From: Planctomycetota bacterium
GTDB lineage: Bacteria; Planctomycetota; B15-G4
Reading direction: 5' to 3'
NCBI GenBank assembly: GCA_965248575.1
Contig: CBDFJQ010000002.1
Location: 4,896,001-4,960,000 of the forward strand
Length of the DNA: 64,000 bases
This document shows, one piece after another, positions 35,149 to 44,416 of the stretch; position 1 is the first letter of the stretch, and each line of letters opens with the position of its first letter. A program made the translations under genes and the position numbers. The notes under the pieces are model-generated. The model was given only the letters and a program-made list of their open reading frames with translations, did not search any database and had not been told where the DNA came from.

Positions 35149-36564
35149 ATGACCGAGACGCGAGAAACCTGCACACGTTGCGGCACACCTCTGTCCACGG
35201 CGCCTGGACTGGCGCCTGGACTGGCGCCTGGACTGGCATCTGGACTGGCATCTGGACCGGCGCCAGCCGAGACGCCCCTCGCCGGCCTCTGTGCGGGTTG
35301 CCTGCTTCGGGCCGGCATGGACGCTCCCTTCCCTGCGGAGGAACTCGAACGGCTGTTTCCGCAGCTCGAGGTGTACGAACTCATTGGCAAGGGTGGGATG
35401 GGGGCCGTGTACCGCGCACGTCATCGCAGCCTCGACCGACAGGTGGCGCTGAAGCTCCTGCCACCGGAGTTGGAGCGGGAGCCAGGTTTCAGCAGCCGCT
35501 TCTTGCGCGAGGCGCAGGCCATGGCGCGCTTGGATCACCCGCACATCGTGCGCGTGTTCGACCACGGTCAGGCGGAGGGCCAGCACTACCTGGTCTTGGA
35601 GTACGTGGACGGTCTCAACCTGCGGCAGCTCATGCGGCGTCGGGAACTGTCGACGGCGGAGGCCCTGGCCCTCGTTCCGCAGATCTGCGATGCCCTGCAG
35701 TACGCCCATGACCAGGGGGTCGTGCACCGGGATGTGAAGCCGGAGAACATCCTGGTGAACCTCGACGGCAAGGTGAAGATCGCCGACTTTGGCTTGGCGC
35801 GCATGACGCATGCCGAGGGCGGGTTGTCGTCGACGCTGACGGGCACACATCAGGTGATGGGCACGCCGCACTACATGGCCCCGGAACAGGTGGAGGGGTT
35901 TCGGGACGTCGACCACCGCGCGGACATCTACAGCTTGGGCATCGTTTTCTATGAAATGCTCACGGGTGAGCTCCCCCTGGGGCGTTTCGAACCACCGTCC
36001 CAACGGGCGGCACTCGACGTGCGTCTAGACGAGGTCGTTCTGCGGGCACTGGAGAAGCAGCCCGAGCGGCGCTACCAACGTGCAGAGGAGGTGAAGACGG
36101 CCGTGAGATCCCTGGAGCATGATGTCTCTGGGGGCAACGCGGCGGCTGGGCAGGCGGCTGCGGTTGCCGTGGGGGCGGCGTCCTCTGACGACCCGAAAGC
36201 CAACGAGGCGATGTTGTGGGCCATGCTGTGCATCGCGCTCCCCCCGCTGGCCTACTTGGGGGTCGTCGGGACCGGGACGTGGTGGCCGCTGTGCGTGCTG
36301 TTCCTGCCGGCTTTCGGCCTGGGCAGTGCACTGCCGGGCCCGGTGCTCGATACGAGCGGGCAGATCTTTGTGGTTCTGGTGGGCGTGTTCAGCGCTTTGG
36401 CCCTCATCTCGAGCATGCACGCTCTCGATGATGCGACGCCGCTGCTCGCCCTGGCACCGTTCTCCTGGGGGTTCGCGTGGGGCAAGCTACACAAAGAGAA
36501 GAAGCTAGGGGCGGCGTCTAGCCAACAGCTTCAGGGCGAGCCGCGATCGGGAGATTCCGTGTGA
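35149..36564 (+). CDS. Hanks-type Ser/Thr protein kinase with N-terminal CxxC..CxxC and C-terminal TM helices
   Basis: GKGGMGAVY, VALK, HRDVKPEN, DFG, GTPHYMAPE and DIYSLG; about 4 hydrophobic helices at the C-terminus. Confidence 0.95.
   Translation: MTETRETCTRCGTPLSTAPGLAPGLAPGLASGLASGPAPAETPLAGLCAGCLLRAGMDAPFPAEELERLFPQLEVYELIGKGGMGAVYRARHRSLDRQVALKLLPPELEREPGFSSRFLREAQAMARLDHPHIVRVFDHGQAEGQHYLVLEYVDGLNLRQLMRRRELSTAEALALVPQICDALQYAHDQGVVHRDVKPENILVNLDGKVKIADFGLARMTHAEGGLSSTLTGTHQVMGTPHYMAPEQVEGFRDVDHRADIYSLGIVFYEMLTGELPLGRFEPPSQRAALDVRLDEVVLRALEKQPERRYQRAEEVKTAVRSLEHDVSGGNAAAGQAAAVAVGAASSDDPKANEAMLWAMLCIALPPLAYLGVVGTGTWWPLCVLFLPAFGLGSALPGPVLDTSGQIFVVLVGVFSALALISSMHALDDATPLLALAPFSWGFAWGKLHKEKKLGAASSQQLQGEPRSGDSV
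35199..35264 (+). repeat. In-frame 12-nt VNTR (GGCGCCTGGACT x3, GGCATCTGGAC[T/C] x2, partial)
   Basis: Read directly; encodes APGL-APGL-APGL-ASGL-ASGP. Confidence 0.9.
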
Positions 36565-36616
36565 ATCGACGCACGCCCGAGGCCGACAGGCAGGGCGTGT
36601 CGATGCGCACTCCGAC

Positions 36617-37873
36617 TCAGCGCGCCTCGTCGCTCACCACCACGCCTTCGATCACCGTGCCCAGGCAGTGGGTTGTGTACTCGAAGGGGTCGCCGTCGAA
36701 GAGGGCCACGTCACCGTGCTTGCCCTGTTCGAGAGTGCCGACCTTGTCGTCGATGCCCAGGATCTTGGCGGCTTCGCGTGTGATGGACGCCAGGTTGTCT
36801 TCCCAGGAGAGCCCCCAACGCCCGGCGATGGCCGCTTCCAGGGGCAGCACGCGCACCTTGGGCACATAGTCCTCGAAGCCGCTCTGCTGGGCCATGGGGA
36901 TTCCCGCCTCGAGCAGCATGCGTGGCAACTCGAAGCTGGCGTTGGCGAAGGGGGCCGTGGGGCCCCACGCGCGCACCATCATCGGGTGAGGCAGCACAGG
37001 CACACCGGCGGCGGCGATCTCGGGCAGCAACTGGTGGGCTTCGGATGCACCGTCCAACACGAGGCGGAAGCCGAACTCTTCAGCCAGGCGCAGCGCCGTC
37101 GAGATGTCCTGGTGACGCTGGGCGGTGATGAGCAGTGGGAGTTCGCCGGCGAGCACTCGCGCCATGGTCTCCTTGCGTAGGTCCCGGTCCGGGTGGGCGC
37201 TCGCGTCCTCGCCGCCCATCTTGTCGGCGTAGGCCTGGGCGTCGATCAACGCCTGGCGCAACATCGCGGCGGCTTTGCTGCGCGTGCCGGGAGCCTTCTT
37301 GCCCTCTGCCGTGGCCCCTTCACCGAGCGTGGCGCAGACCATGGCCTGCTCCACCAGCACGGCGTCGCGCACGGTGCCGGGGATCGTCTTGGCGATCAGC
37401 GTCTGACCGGTGATCACCGCGCCGGGCGCATGCCCCGTGTGTACGGTGGTGACACCCAAGCTGGCCAGCCAGGCGACCAGGGGGTCCCGGGCGTTGTAGC
37501 TGTCGAGGGCGCGCAGCTCGGGCTGAAGCGGGTCGGTGGCGTCGAACTGGTCTTGGTCACCGTCCTGGTTCGTCCAGCCGGTAAGACCGACCGTGGTGTG
37601 GGCATCGATGAAACCGGGTACCACCACGGGGGCGCGCAGCGTGGGCATGGCGATGCGCGGGACGGGCGTGCTGGCTGCGGGGCCGACGCCCGTGATCTGT
37701 CCATTGAGGATGACCACCACACCGTTCTCGATGGGGGGGCCGGCCATGGTGTGCACCACATCGCCATAGATGAGGGCGTTCTGTGCGGCCAGCGAGGGCG
37801 TCGTGCTGCCCAGCGTGGACACCAGCAGCGCGGCGACGGCAAGGCAAGAGGAGAGCCGTGTGCGGAAGGTCAT
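36617..37873 (-). CDS. Secreted amidohydrolase family protein (second of pair, degenerate metal site)
   Basis: VPGFIDAHTTVG (HxH reduced to HxT), LQPELRALD and GTLEQGKHGD. Confidence 0.9.
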   Translation of the reverse strand: MTFRTRLSSCLAVAALLVSTLGSTTPSLAAQNALIYGDVVHTMAGPPIENGVVVILNGQITGVGPAASTPVPRIAMPTLRAPVVVPGFIDAHTTVGLTGWTNQDGDQDQFDATDPLQPELRALDSYNARDPLVAWLASLGVTTVHTGHAPGAVITGQTLIAKTIPGTVRDAVLVEQAMVCATLGEGATAEGKKAPGTRSKAAAMLRQALIDAQAYADKMGGEDASAHPDRDLRKETMARVLAGELPLLITAQRHQDISTALRLAEEFGFRLVLDGASEAHQLLPEIAAAGVPVLPHPMMVRAWGPTAPFANASFELPRMLLEAGIPMAQQSGFEDYVPKVRVLPLEAAIAGRWGLSWEDNLASITREAAKILGIDDKVGTLEQGKHGDVALFDGDPFEYTTHCLGTVIEGVVVSDEAR

Positions 37874-39183
37874 CAGCGGGTGCTCCCGTAGCAGCAGAGG
37901 GATCGTGGCCCGTCGGGCCCGTCATTGGCACCCCAGCCGCCGGTGGCGTAGAGACGGTCGGTGGGGTCTGTGAGGTCGAAGACCTTCTCGCCGTCTACCC
38001 AGGTCTGCTCGACCATGGCGTAGACGCTGAGGGGGTCGGCGCTGAGCAGCACGAGGTCGGCGTCCTTGCCCACCTCGAGGCTGCCGGTGCGCTCGCCGAG
38101 GTCGAGCATCTGGGCGCCGGCGAGGGTGACCGAGGCTAGGGCTCCTGCACGGGACAGGCCGGCACGATGGGCCATGGCCGCAGAACGCAGGAACAGACGG
38201 CTGTCGTTGATGGCGTCGTCCGTGTGCATGGCGACGAGCGCGCCGGCTTGCTCGAGGATGCCGGCCGTCTTCCAGCTCATGTCCAGGGCTTCGAGTTTGC
38301 CGCCGGGTGCGTCGATCAGGATCACCGAGCAGGGAATGTTCGCAGCGGCGATCTCGTCGGCCACCTTGTAGGCCTCGGAGGCGTGCTGCAGCACCACCCG
38401 GAAGCCGAACTCCTCCTGGAGGCGCAGCACCGTCATGATGTCGTCGTGCCGATGGGTGTGGTGGTGCACGATGCGCGTGCCGTCCAGCACTTCGAGCAAG
38501 GCCTCCATGCCGAGGTCGACGTCGGGTGCCTTGCCGTCCTCGCCGTCGGCAGCCTGTTCTTGCTTGGCGCGGTACGCGAGGGCCTTGTGGAACAGTTCGC
38601 GCACGAGCGAGGCCGACTTGGAGCGCGTCCCCGGGAAGGGCGCGTCGCGCTGGCTGTTGGTTCCGTTCGCCATCTTCATGCCGCCCATGGGCCGGCCTTT
38701 GGCGTCCGGGATGACCAGGTCGTCGAGGGTGCGGCCATCGCGCAGCTTGAGGTAGACGGTCTGGCCGCTCATCAAGTGGCCGGAGCCGGGCATGAGGTTG
38801 GCCAGGGTCAGGCCGCCGGCCTGGGCCCTCTGGATGGATGGGTGGCGCACGTTCACGCCGTCGTAGGCGCGCACCTCGGGATGCAGGGGGCCGCTGCCGT
38901 CGCCGCCCCAGGGGTCGCCGATGTGGCTGTGGGTATCCACGAGCCCGGGCATGAGCACCTTGCCCGTCCCGTCGATGATCTCTGCGCCTTCGGGCACGCT
39001 CGTGTCCGCGCCACCCACTGCGACGATGCGACCGTCTTGGATCACGAGCACGCCGTCGTCGATCTCGGGGCCTGCCACAGGAATGAGGTGAACGCCGGTG
39101 AAGGCCACGGGCGTGGACTGACCAGCCGCCGCGCAGGCGAGCTGCGTGATTGCCAAGAGGGTCAGGCTGAAAAGGGTGCGCAC
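37873..39183 (-). CDS. Secreted amidohydrolase family protein (first of pair)
   Basis: MPGLVDTHSH, MKMANGTN, HHHTHRHDD, HTDD and GSLEVGKDAD; GTG start; 1-nt overlap with its partner. Confidence 0.92.
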   Translation of the reverse strand: MRTLFSLTLLAITQLACAAAGQSTPVAFTGVHLIPVAGPEIDDGVLVIQDGRIVAVGGADTSVPEGAEIIDGTGKVLMPGLVDTHSHIGDPWGGDGSGPLHPEVRAYDGVNVRHPSIQRAQAGGLTLANLMPGSGHLMSGQTVYLKLRDGRTLDDLVIPDAKGRPMGGMKMANGTNSQRDAPFPGTRSKSASLVRELFHKALAYRAKQEQAADGEDGKAPDVDLGMEALLEVLDGTRIVHHHTHRHDDIMTVLRLQEEFGFRVVLQHASEAYKVADEIAAANIPCSVILIDAPGGKLEALDMSWKTAGILEQAGALVAMHTDDAINDSRLFLRSAAMAHRAGLSRAGALASVTLAGAQMLDLGERTGSLEVGKDADLVLLSADPLSVYAMVEQTWVDGEKVFDLTDPTDRLYATGGWGANDGPDGPRSLCCYGSTR

Positions 39184-39269
39184 GGCGTTCCTCGCGAGGT
39201 GGGGCGAGGCGACACGTTAGCAGGGGGGCGCCCGAGGAAGGAAATCAAAGGATCGCCTATCATCCGCCG

Positions 39270-41192
39270 ATGCCCACTCTTCAGCAGGTCTTGATCGTCG
39301 CGCTCAGCTGCGTGTTGCTAGCCCCTTCGATGGCCGCGCAAAGCGACGGCTCCGAGGCCGAGGCAGCCTGGCACCTCTCGCACTTTGGCGCTGGCAGCGG
39401 TCCGCGCGAACACGCGGGGCAGTTCCAGCTGCTCGACAGCGAGGGCAGCTTCGGGCAATCCAACGCCGTCGCCTTTGAGCGCGACGTCGAGGGTGCCTTC
39501 GAGTGGGTGCGCCTGACGTGTCGCCTGCGGGTCCAGGAAGGTGGCGACGGCGGGGCGTTCCTGTTCTTGAACACCGAGGAGTATGGCGAGCACGGGCCAG
39601 CGCCCTATGTGCCGAGCTGGGTCGAGCCCAAGCTGCGCAAGAGCCTGGCCGTGGCCATTGACGTGCACAACCCGTTGAACGAGGAACCCTTCAGCGAGTG
39701 GGGCAACTACCAGGGGCTTCCGGAGCGGGAAGTCTCCCTGCATTGGGATGGGCGGGAGCTCGTAAAGTGTGTGGCCGAGACCGAGTTCCGGGGCGACTGG
39801 GTGGACGTGGAGATTCATCTGCAGCACGTGGTGGGTGGTGCGGAGGTGAGCGTGCAGTTGGGGGAGAGCCTCGTCTTCGATCGCAGTTTCGTGCCGGGGG
39901 CTGTTCCCTACCCGATTCGGCCCGCCATCGGGGCCGGGAGTCGTGCCGATATGGCCACGCAATTCGACGTCGCCGAGCTCGTCATGGAACACGGGGAGCC
40001 GGCGCTGGCAACCCGTCGCCCGTTGCACGTGGAGGTGTTCAACCATGTGCTCACCGACAACTCCACGACCTCGTATGAAGCCGAGGTCGAGCTTCCGCCG
40101 AGCAGCTGGGCCTTCGGGCGCGTGGTCTTGACCCTCGACATCCATGACGCCGGCAAGGACTGGGACGAGTGGGATCGGCGCGGTGACCTCTACGTCTTCG
40201 ACGAGGAGGGGCAGGCCTGGGACATCCTGCCGTTCATCACCTCCTATCGCACCGAGTGCCATTGGGAGCTGGACGTCACCCACTTCCGACCGCTCTTGAG
40301 CGGCAAGACGCGCTTCAAGATCGCGGCGGGCACGAACTTCTACAAGAACCGCGGTTACATGATGAGCGTGTCCCTCGACTTCCATCACGGCGAGCCCTTG
40401 TTGGATGGCGAGCCGTTGGAAGCCTTCTCGGTCGTGCCCTTGTGGCACGGCACGGCGCAGTATCGGAACGACGAGAACCACTTCTCGGATTTCTTCGAGG
40501 CTCAGGCCGTGAGCATCCCCGCCGAGACCAAGGCTGCGCGGGTCACGACCACGACCACGGGACACTCACAGATCGGAGAGTTCACCGCCTCGGAGCGCGA
40601 ACTGGTGTTCGTGGCCGATGCCGTGACAGCTTCGGAACCGGTGCGCTTCGCGAACACGCTCTGGAAGGCGGACTGTTACCTCAACCCGAACCGTCCTCAG
40701 TTCGGAACCTGGAAATACTCACGAGCTGGGTGGGCACCGGGCGACATCGTGCATCCGTGGTGGGTTGATCTCACGCCGCACCTGATTCCAGGAGCGACGG
40801 CGGAGATCAGCTATGTGTCCAGCCCCTACGACTTCAGCGAGCTGGCAGAGGACGGTCGGCCTAGCGCTGGTCAAGTCGGTGAGGCCTCCCACGTGGTCCG
40901 CTCCTTCCTCGTGCTCTATCGCACGCCCCAGGACACGGTGGCCGCGCCGCTCGTGCGCGTGACGAATGTGGTGGGTGGCAGCGCGGCTGCCGAGGCCGGC
41001 ATCCAGCAAGGGGACTATCTGTCGAGCTACGACGGCGTGCCGGTGGACTCCGTCCCGGAGCTGTCGGCGGCCAAGGCAGCGGCCACCGAGGCCGGCAAGG
41101 AGCGTGTCCCCGTCGTGGTCTTCCGCGGTTCGGAACGCCTGGAGCTGGAGATGGCGACGGGGCAGATGGGCGTGAACCTGGCCACGCCCTAG
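39270..41192 (+). CDS. Secreted PNGase F-like protein with N-terminal lectin-like domain and C-terminal PDZ
   Basis: DEWDR, FITSY, DVTHFRPLL, TTTGH..GEF, NPNRPQFGTW..SRAGWAPG; N-terminal GGDG..F and LAVAID; C-terminal VVGGSAAAEAGIQQGD. Confidence 0.8.
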   Translation: MPTLQQVLIVALSCVLLAPSMAAQSDGSEAEAAWHLSHFGAGSGPREHAGQFQLLDSEGSFGQSNAVAFERDVEGAFEWVRLTCRLRVQEGGDGGAFLFLNTEEYGEHGPAPYVPSWVEPKLRKSLAVAIDVHNPLNEEPFSEWGNYQGLPEREVSLHWDGRELVKCVAETEFRGDWVDVEIHLQHVVGGAEVSVQLGESLVFDRSFVPGAVPYPIRPAIGAGSRADMATQFDVAELVMEHGEPALATRRPLHVEVFNHVLTDNSTTSYEAEVELPPSSWAFGRVVLTLDIHDAGKDWDEWDRRGDLYVFDEEGQAWDILPFITSYRTECHWELDVTHFRPLLSGKTRFKIAAGTNFYKNRGYMMSVSLDFHHGEPLLDGEPLEAFSVVPLWHGTAQYRNDENHFSDFFEAQAVSIPAETKAARVTTTTTGHSQIGEFTASERELVFVADAVTASEPVRFANTLWKADCYLNPNRPQFGTWKYSRAGWAPGDIVHPWWVDLTPHLIPGATAEISYVSSPYDFSELAEDGRPSAGQVGEASHVVRSFLVLYRTPQDTVAAPLVRVTNVVGGSAAAEAGIQQGDYLSSYDGVPVDSVPELSAAKAAATEAGKERVPVVVFRGSERLELEMATGQMGVNLATP

Positions 41193-41277
41193 TGTCCAGC
41201 GGCACCGGTTCTTGGTTTCTCTTCCAGCCGGGCTTCCACGCCAGCCGAACAGGGGTGAGTCCCCTGGAGGCCCTGCC

Positions 41278-41793
41278 ATGGCTCGCTTGAAGTTCGCGTT
41301 GTACTTTTCGATCGGCGGCTGGATCGTCTACGGCCTGATGGGTATGGGCGGCGGCAAGGACGTGCACGCCAGCAACAACCTCATCGGTCAGCCGGCGCCG
41401 CCCATGAGCGTGGCCACCTGGTTGACGCCGCCTCCCGACCCGGCGGGGCGCATGGTGCTGGTGGATCTCTGGGCGACCTGGTGCCCTCCGTGCCGGGCTG
41501 CCATCCCGGAGCTGAACGACTTGCAGCGTCGCTTCGCCGATCGCCTGGTGGTGGTGGGCATCTCCGACGAGAGCCCCGAGCAGGTACGGGCCATGACGAG
41601 CCCCGAGATCGAGTACTCGCTGGGCGTGGATCCCCTGGGGCGCATGAAGAACGCCGTGGGCGTCACGGGCATCCCGCACGTCTTGCTGGTGGACCCCGAT
41701 GGCATCGTGCGCTGGCAGGGTTTCCCGTTCGAGAGCGGGCACGAGCTGACGGCCGAGGTGGTGGAAGAGCTGCTCGACGAGTACGTCGACTGA
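41278..41793 (+). CDS. TlpA-family thiol-disulfide oxidoreductase
   Basis: N-terminal TM; VLVDLWATWCPPC; GIPHVLLVD. Confidence 0.92.
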   Translation: MARLKFALYFSIGGWIVYGLMGMGGGKDVHASNNLIGQPAPPMSVATWLTPPPDPAGRMVLVDLWATWCPPCRAAIPELNDLQRRFADRLVVVGISDESPEQVRAMTSPEIEYSLGVDPLGRMKNAVGVTGIPHVLLVDPDGIVRWQGFPFESGHELTAEVVEELLDEYVD

Positions 41794-41795
41794 GG

Positions 41796-43454
<1,659 letters not shown>

Positions 43455-43562
43455 GATGGGGCTCCGTCTTTCAGCAGCAAGGAGGTCGAGATCGAAGGGC
43501 GGGTGCCCGGAACGCCCCGCGAGACCTGCGGGGGGCTCGCCTGATCGGGGGCCGACCTTACG

Positions 43563-44006
43563 TCAGTCGGCGGCAAACGTCACGGTTTCGAACAGGCGTG
43601 GCCCGCCCTCGAGGGTCTTGTGCACCGGGCAGCGGCTGGTCACTTGTTCCAGCCGGGCTTTCTGCGCGTCGTCGAAGGTGCCGGTGAGCAGGACCTCGGA
43701 TCGGATCACATCCAGCTTGGTGTCGCCGTTCTGCTCGCACTCCGGGCAGTCCCGTGCCAGCTCGCGCGTGAAAGTTGAACGCACGCTGACGGAGCTGAGC
43801 GGGATGTCCTTGTGACGGGCGTACATGCGCAGGGTGAGCGCCATGCACGAACCGAGCGCGCTCATGAGCAGCTCGTAGGGGGTCGGCCCGGTGTCTGTTC
43901 CGCCCGAGGCGACGGGTTCGTCGGCAGACCAGCTGTGCTGTTGCGCCGCGATCTGGACGGCCGTGCCCTCTCCAAGGGTGGTATGGACCGTGGGAGCGTC
44001 GGTCAT
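43563..44006 (-). CDS. OsmC family protein
   Basis: ADEP..GG...GPTPYELL..ALGSC and RCPVHKTL. Confidence 0.92.
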   Translation of the reverse strand: MTDAPTVHTTLGEGTAVQIAAQQHSWSADEPVASGGTDTGPTPYELLMSALGSCMALTLRMYARHKDIPLSSVSVRSTFTRELARDCPECEQNGDTKLDVIRSEVLLTGTFDDAQKARLEQVTSRCPVHKTLEGGPRLFETVTFAAD

Positions 44007-44120
44007 GCAGACATCCTCGAATGGGGCTTGGGAGAGGGAGCTCGGAAGTGCGCGGCGGGAGATCGTAGCCGACGGGCCGCCAGCCACAGCGACATGGGAG
44101 CGCGTGTCTCCCTTCCGCCG

Positions 44121-44255
44121 ATGCAGAGGCGATGCGACTCCCTGTTCAAGGCGCTGGGCATCTCAGTGGGTGGTGAGGTCACGGGGCCCTTGGTGACGTC
44201 CTTCGTCGGTGCCGTCGTCTTGCTGTTCGTGGTGGGCCTGCTGAAGCAGGGCTAG
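44121..44255 (+). pseudogene. Truncated GlsB/YeaQ/YmgE (transglycosylase-associated) membrane protein, C-terminal half only
   Basis: LFKALGISVGGEVTGPLVTSFVGAVVLLFVVGLLK matches the family C-terminus; the N-terminal GxxAGW...GxxGA helices are not seen upstream. Confidence 0.6.
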
Positions 44256-44416
44256 CTAGCGGGCCCATGCCCCTCTCTGCGGGTGTTTTCCGATTCCCGC
44301 TCCCCCTCGATTCAGAGCCACGAGTATGGTGGGTACGCTTTGGATCGAGAATGCGGGTGAAAAGGCCATTTCCTATTGGGTTTGGCTGATTCGGGAAACA
44401 GAGTTTGGAGAGACTC

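Noticed and set aside
36566..36605. Hairpin between the convergent kinase and amidohydrolase genes as an intrinsic terminator
   Set aside because: A stem exists (CACGCCC/GGGCGTG) but has a long loop and no U-tract on either strand.
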